Assembly: GCA_965662265.1 (NCBI GenBank) | Contig: CBFIGX010000005.1 | Span: forward strand, 7,494 to 71,493 | DNA from: Flavobacteriales bacterium | GTDB taxonomy: Bacteria; Bacteroidota; Bacteroidia; Flavobacteriales; UBA7430 | DNA length: 64,000 nt | Reading direction: 5' to 3' | Part shown: piece by piece, positions 59,252 through 64,000 of the stretch | How the letters are laid out: every line of letters begins with the position of its first letter | Numbering within the stretch: the first letter of the stretch is position 1 | Translations under genes and position numbers: made by a program | Notes under the pieces: generated by a model | What the model saw: only the letters and a program-made list of their open reading frames with translations | What the model was told of the DNA's origin: nothing | Database searches by the model: none

Positions 59252-61255
59252 ATGCCAATGTCATTCGAATTAGAATCTATCTTTAAACCTACTGGTGATC
59301 AACCAAAAGCGATTCAACAGCTTGTTGATGGTGTTCACGACGGAGTAAAATATCAAACATTACAAGGAGTTACTGGGTCGGGTAAAACTTTTACCATGGC
59401 AAACGTCATTCATAAGATAGATAAACCCACTCTTATTCTTTGTCATAACAAAACATTAGCAGCCCAGTTATATGGAGAGTTTAAACAGTTTTTCCCTAAC
59501 AATGCAGTTGAATATTTTGTTTCTTATTATGATTACTATCAACCTGAGGCATATATCCCACACTCTGGTTTGTACATAGAAAAAGATTTGTCTATCAACG
59601 ATGAAATCGAAAAGCTACGATTGAGCACCTCTTCTACTCTATTGTCTGGAAGAAGAGACGTAATTGTTGTTTCATCAGTATCATGTATTTATGGAATAGG
59701 AAATCCAGATGAGTTTAGTAAAAATGTTATTGAACTGGAACTCGGCCAGCGAATAGATCGTCAGGAGTTATTGCGCACTCTAGTGTCTTCTTTATATTCA
59801 AGGACAGAAATTCAACTAGAGCGAGGCCAATTTCGTGTTAAAGGCGATTGCATTGATATTTTTCCTGCTTATTCCGACTTTGGTTTACGACTCTTGTTTT
59901 GGGATGATGAAATTGAAGCTTTGGAATCTTTCGACCCTATAAGTGGTAAGCGAATGGATAAGTATGATAGATTGCGTATCTATCCAGCCAATATATTTGT
60001 TACATCTAAAGATCGATTAGATGCTGCACAGCATAATATCAGAACTGATTTAATTAAACAAGTTGACTATTTTAAAGACATAGGAAAACATCTTGAAGCG
60101 AAGAGACTTGAAGAAAGGGTAAACTTTGATTTAGAAATGATTCAAGAACTGGGTTACTGTTCAGGAATTGAAAATTACTCAAGATACCTAGATGGAAGAG
60201 ATCCAGGTTCAAGACCCTTTTGTTTAATTGATTATTTCCCAAAAGACTTTATGCTAATGGTAGATGAAAGTCATGTAACACTACCTCAGGTTCGGGCTAT
60301 GTATGGCGGTGATAAATCCAGAAAAATTAATTTAGTAGAGTATGGTTTTAGGCTTCCTGCAGCTATGGATAACAGACCATTACAATTTGATGAATTTGAG
60401 AGCATTATCCCGCAGACTATTTATGTTAGTGCCACACCAGCAGATTATGAGTTAGAACAATCTGAGGGTATCATCGTAGAACAAATCATTAGACCAACAG
60501 GTTTACTGGATCCAATAATTGAAATAAGACCAACGCAAAATCAGATAGATGATTTGTTGGAAGAAATTACCACACGTGTAGATATCGATGAACGTATTTT
60601 AGTGACAACACTTACAAAGCGTATGGCTGAAGAGCTAACTAAGTATCTTACAAAATACAATATCAGATGTCGTTATATTCATTCTGATGTTGATACAATT
60701 GAGCGTGTTGAAATCATGAGAGATTTACGACTAGGTGTTTTCGATGTGCTTATTGGGGTTAACCTACTAAGAGAAGGTCTCGATTTACCAGAGGTATCTC
60801 TAGTAGCAATTTTAGACGCTGACAAAGAAGGCTTCTTACGATCGCAAAGATCATTGACACAAACTGTAGGTCGTGCTGCAAGACATGTAAAAGGTAAAGC
60901 TATATTTTATGCAGATAAAATTACAAACTCCATGCAATTAACCATGGATGATAATGAACGTAAACGGACAATTCAAACAGCATATAACACTAAAAATAAA
61001 ATTACGCCATACGCACACAAAAAATCTAAATCAAATATTTTAAATCAAACAGCCGTTATAGGAAGTAATAATAAAGCTGCAGAAGAACTAACAACAGAAT
61101 TGAGTGTTAATGAAGATAATATCAAATATTTAACAGAAGATAATAAGCGTAAAAAAATAAATACACTTCGGAAAGCCATGGAAAAAGCTGCTAAAAATCT
61201 TGATTTTATAGAGGCGGCAAGATTAAGAGATTTAATTAAAAAGCTAAACAACTAA
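59252..61255 (+). CDS. uvrB: Excinuclease ABC subunit B
   Basis: PTGDQP, GVTGSGKT, YYDYYQPEAY, DESH, NLLREGLDLPEV, C-terminal UVR domain. Confidence 0.98.
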   Translation: MPMSFELESIFKPTGDQPKAIQQLVDGVHDGVKYQTLQGVTGSGKTFTMANVIHKIDKPTLILCHNKTLAAQLYGEFKQFFPNNAVEYFVSYYDYYQPEAYIPHSGLYIEKDLSINDEIEKLRLSTSSTLLSGRRDVIVVSSVSCIYGIGNPDEFSKNVIELELGQRIDRQELLRTLVSSLYSRTEIQLERGQFRVKGDCIDIFPAYSDFGLRLLFWDDEIEALESFDPISGKRMDKYDRLRIYPANIFVTSKDRLDAAQHNIRTDLIKQVDYFKDIGKHLEAKRLEERVNFDLEMIQELGYCSGIENYSRYLDGRDPGSRPFCLIDYFPKDFMLMVDESHVTLPQVRAMYGGDKSRKINLVEYGFRLPAAMDNRPLQFDEFESIIPQTIYVSATPADYELEQSEGIIVEQIIRPTGLLDPIIEIRPTQNQIDDLLEEITTRVDIDERILVTTLTKRMAEELTKYLTKYNIRCRYIHSDVDTIERVEIMRDLRLGVFDVLIGVNLLREGLDLPEVSLVAILDADKEGFLRSQRSLTQTVGRAARHVKGKAIFYADKITNSMQLTMDDNERKRTIQTAYNTKNKITPYAHKKSKSNILNQTAVIGSNNKAAEELTTELSVNEDNIKYLTEDNKRKKINTLRKAMEKAAKNLDFIEAARLRDLIKKLNN

Positions 61256-61388
61256 CATCTTCAAATTCGAATAGAAAAATACAGAATAGTCTATTTGAAT
61301 GTTAAATAGGCTTAATTCTTACTTGATATCAAGCCACACCTTTTGAAGTCCACTTACTATTACTTAATATTGTACAAAACATCAATTT

Positions 61389-63149
61389 ATGAAACAATTC
61401 TTAAAATTTACTCTTGCATCACTTTCAGGAATTATTCTTGGAGGTTTACTATTGGTAATTATATTCGGGACTATAGCCTCAGGGGGTTCTGATGCAGAAA
61501 TCAAACTGGAAGATGCACACATATTAAAAATTAGCCTTAACGGCCCTATTCAGGATCGTGTTGCGGAAAACCCATTCGATATTTATGGTCAGCTTCTAAA
61601 TAATGACCCATCTGTGCTTGGACTTAATGATGTCTTAGAAAGTATTAATAAAGCAAAGGATGATGAATATATCAAAGCGATATATCTTGATATGGGTTAT
61701 GTAGGCGCTGGTTATGCCACTATGGAAGAAATTAGGAACGCACTATTAGATTTTAAATCCTCTGGCAAGACCATTATTGCTTATTCTGAGGTGTTCACAC
61801 AAAGTTCCTATTATTTGGCATCTGTGGCAAATAAAGTAATTATGTACCCAGAAGGTGGTATGGAACTAAAAGGAATGAATAGTCAAATTACTTTTTATAC
61901 AGACGCCCTAAAAAAAATAGGTATAGAGCCACAAGTGATTCGTCACGGCAAGTTCAAATCTGCAGTAGAGCCATTTATGTTAACTTCCATGAGTGATGAA
62001 AATAGAAATCAAATAAAAACCTATATGGGCTCTATTTGGGATCATTACCTAGCAAATATTTCACAAGATAGAAACATTGATATAGATAGGCTAAATGCTA
62101 TAGTAGAAGGTTTTGAAATTAAGAACTCTAATGATGCTGTTCATCTAGGCCTTATTGATACTCTTTATTACAAAGATGAACTACAGAATGAATTTGCACA
62201 ACTAATGGGTACAGATAGTATTGAGGATGTCAACTTCATAGAGATCAGCAAATACTCTAGAGTTAACAACGGCTCGGCACGTCAGAAATACAAAAAAGAT
62301 AAAGTGGCTGTTATCTACGCTCAAGGTGAAATACAATCAGGACAAGGTAGCGAAACTGTCATTGGATCAGAGCGTATTTCAAAAGCTATAAGAACAGCAA
62401 GACTAGATGATAAAGTTAAGGCTGTTGTCTTAAGAGTAAATTCTCCTGGTGGCTCTGCCCTAGCATCAGATGTTATTTGGAGAGAAGCGAAACTTTGTAA
62501 AGACGTTAAACCATTTGTAGTTTCTATGGGTGATGTTGCTGCTTCAGGAGGTTATTATATTGCTGCTGCTGCAGATAAGATTTATGCATCACCAAATACG
62601 ATCACTGGATCTATAGGTGTTTTTGGTATGCTTTTAAACTTAGAAAAACTCTACACAGAAAAATTAGGCCTAACATTTGATCAAGTAAAAACAAACCAAT
62701 ATGCAGACATAGGTTCTATGACTAGAGCTCTTACCGCTGATGAGTATGATATTATTCAAAGTAGTGTGGTTGATGTTTATGAAACATTTACTTCTAAGGT
62801 ATCCGAAGGTAGAAATATAAGCCAACAAGAGGTAGATGCTATTGGTCAGGGTAGAGTTTGGTCAGGAGAAAACGCCTTAGATATAAATCTTATTGATGCA
62901 TATGGCGGTCTTTATAAAGCGATAGATGGTGCTGCTGAACTGGCCAACCTAGAAGATTATCGTATTACTGAATTACCAGTCCAAAAAGATCCGTTTGTAG
63001 TACTTATGGAGAGCATTGAAGAAAATGCAAAAGCATATCTATTAAAATCTCAATTAGGCGATCAATACCATTACTACAAAACCATAAACGACATACAACA
63101 CTTAAAGGGAATTCAAGCTAGAATGCCATACCAGGTTACGATAAACTAA
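61389..63149 (+). CDS. sppA: Signal peptide peptidase SppA (67K type)
   Basis: GKFKSAVEP, LRVNSPGGSA, SMGDVAASGGY, TGSIGV, GRVWSG. Confidence 0.96.
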   Translation: MKQFLKFTLASLSGIILGGLLLVIIFGTIASGGSDAEIKLEDAHILKISLNGPIQDRVAENPFDIYGQLLNNDPSVLGLNDVLESINKAKDDEYIKAIYLDMGYVGAGYATMEEIRNALLDFKSSGKTIIAYSEVFTQSSYYLASVANKVIMYPEGGMELKGMNSQITFYTDALKKIGIEPQVIRHGKFKSAVEPFMLTSMSDENRNQIKTYMGSIWDHYLANISQDRNIDIDRLNAIVEGFEIKNSNDAVHLGLIDTLYYKDELQNEFAQLMGTDSIEDVNFIEISKYSRVNNGSARQKYKKDKVAVIYAQGEIQSGQGSETVIGSERISKAIRTARLDDKVKAVVLRVNSPGGSALASDVIWREAKLCKDVKPFVVSMGDVAASGGYYIAAAADKIYASPNTITGSIGVFGMLLNLEKLYTEKLGLTFDQVKTNQYADIGSMTRALTADEYDIIQSSVVDVYETFTSKVSEGRNISQQEVDAIGQGRVWSGENALDINLIDAYGGLYKAIDGAAELANLEDYRITELPVQKDPFVVLMESIEENAKAYLLKSQLGDQYHYYKTINDIQHLKGIQARMPYQVTIN

Positions 63150-63204
63150 TTAACTGTTCGTATGTCAACAAACTGTATTTAAAATACAAAGATTAAATTT
63201 GAGC

Positions 63205-63240
63205 CAATAAAAAAACCACCTAAAGGTGGTTTTTTTATTG
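63205..63240. terminator. Bidirectional terminator between convergent sppA and pdhB
   Basis: caataaaaaaaccacc-taaa-ggtggtttttttattg. Confidence 0.9.
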
Positions 63241-63261
63241 ATATTATACCTACAATAGCAA

Positions 63262-64000
63262 TTACTTCACATAGAGTACAGATTTCACTTCTTCCATAAT
63301 CTTAGACACTTTTGGTAAAAACTCTTCCACTAAGTTAGGAGCATAAGCCATTGGTACATCGGCAGTACAAACTCGTTTTACCGGGGCATCCATAAAATCA
63401 AAGGCATCTTTTTGAACGTTAAAAGCTATCTCTGAAGACAAAGATGCCATAGGCCAGGCTTCTTCAACAATTACCAGTCTGTTGGTTTTCTTAACTGAAG
63501 TAAATATAGTTTCGTAGTCTATAGGGCGCACAGTTCTCAAGTCAATCACTTCGGCACTAATCCCTTCCTCTGCTAATTTTTCTGCTGCTTCTAGTGCGCG
63601 TTTCATAATTTTACCAAATGAAACAATTGTAACATCAGTTCCCTCTTTCTTAATATCGGCAACTCCTATAGGAATAATGTAATCGCCTTCAGGAACCTCA
63701 CCTTTATCTCCGTACATTTGTTCAGACTCCATAAAGATAACAGGATCATTATCTCTAATAGCAGCTTTTAATAAACCTTTAGCATCATAAGGATTTGAAG
63801 GACAAATAACTTTTAAACCTGGGCAATTTGCATACCACGACTCAAATGCTTGCGAATGCTGAGCACCTAACTGACCTGCTGAAGCTGATGGTCCTCTAAA
63901 TACCATAGGAATAGGAAATTGCCCATCAGACATCTGCATCATCTTGGCGGCCGAATTAATTATTTGATCTATAGCAACTAGAGAAAAGTTGAAGGTCATA
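63262..64000 (-). CDS. pdhB: Pyruvate dehydrogenase E1 beta subunit; 5' end lies outside the window
   Basis: MTFNF, PMVFRGP, AQHSQ, DAKGLLKAAIRD, EVIDLRTVRP. Confidence 0.93.
   Translation of the reverse strand, partial: MTFNFSLVAIDQIINSAAKMMQMSDGQFPIPMVFRGPSASAGQLGAQHSQAFESWYANCPGLKVICPSNPYDAKGLLKAAIRDNDPVIFMESEQMYGDKGEVPEGDYIIPIGVADIKKEGTDVTIVSFGKIMKRALEAAEKLAEEGISAEVIDLRTVRPIDYETIFTSVKKTNRLVIVEEAWPMASLSSEIAFNVQKDAFDFMDAPVKRVCTADVPMAYAPNLVEEFLPKVSKIMEEVKSVLYVK

Noticed and set aside
61323-61334. CTTGATATCAAG palindrome upstream of sppA
   Set aside because: Short, single copy, and with no supporting context

Overview
AT-rich, gene-dense chromosomal segment of a Bacteroidota bacterium, most likely Flavobacteriales. 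This assignment rests on TAnnTTTG -7 promoters, a T9SS cargo protein, TonB-dependent receptors and DUF349/DUF4249-type genes. Content is mostly housekeeping (ccsA, hutH, hisS, pyrD, maf, yidC, pyrG, holA, rarA, dnaK, panB, priA, typA, uvrB, sppA, pdhB) plus envelope proteins. I saw no rRNA, tRNA, CRISPR array, transposase or prophage. The main find is a 50-aa minus-strand gene missing from the ORF track (22636-22788), with its own promoter-like site and terminator. It ends in ACSIDDPECEACGS, so it looks like a free-standing copy of the redox-shuttle C-terminal tail of ribonucleotide reductase alpha subunits. Other points of interest: a sigma-54-type promoter with TGACA/TGTCA palindromes upstream of dnaK, an orphan response regulator with Gly at the phosphoacceptor position, an NrfJ-like lipoprotein with a His/Cys linker next to ccsA, and a TPR plus OB-fold protein resembling conflict-system components. 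All family assignments come from motif recognition, not database searches.
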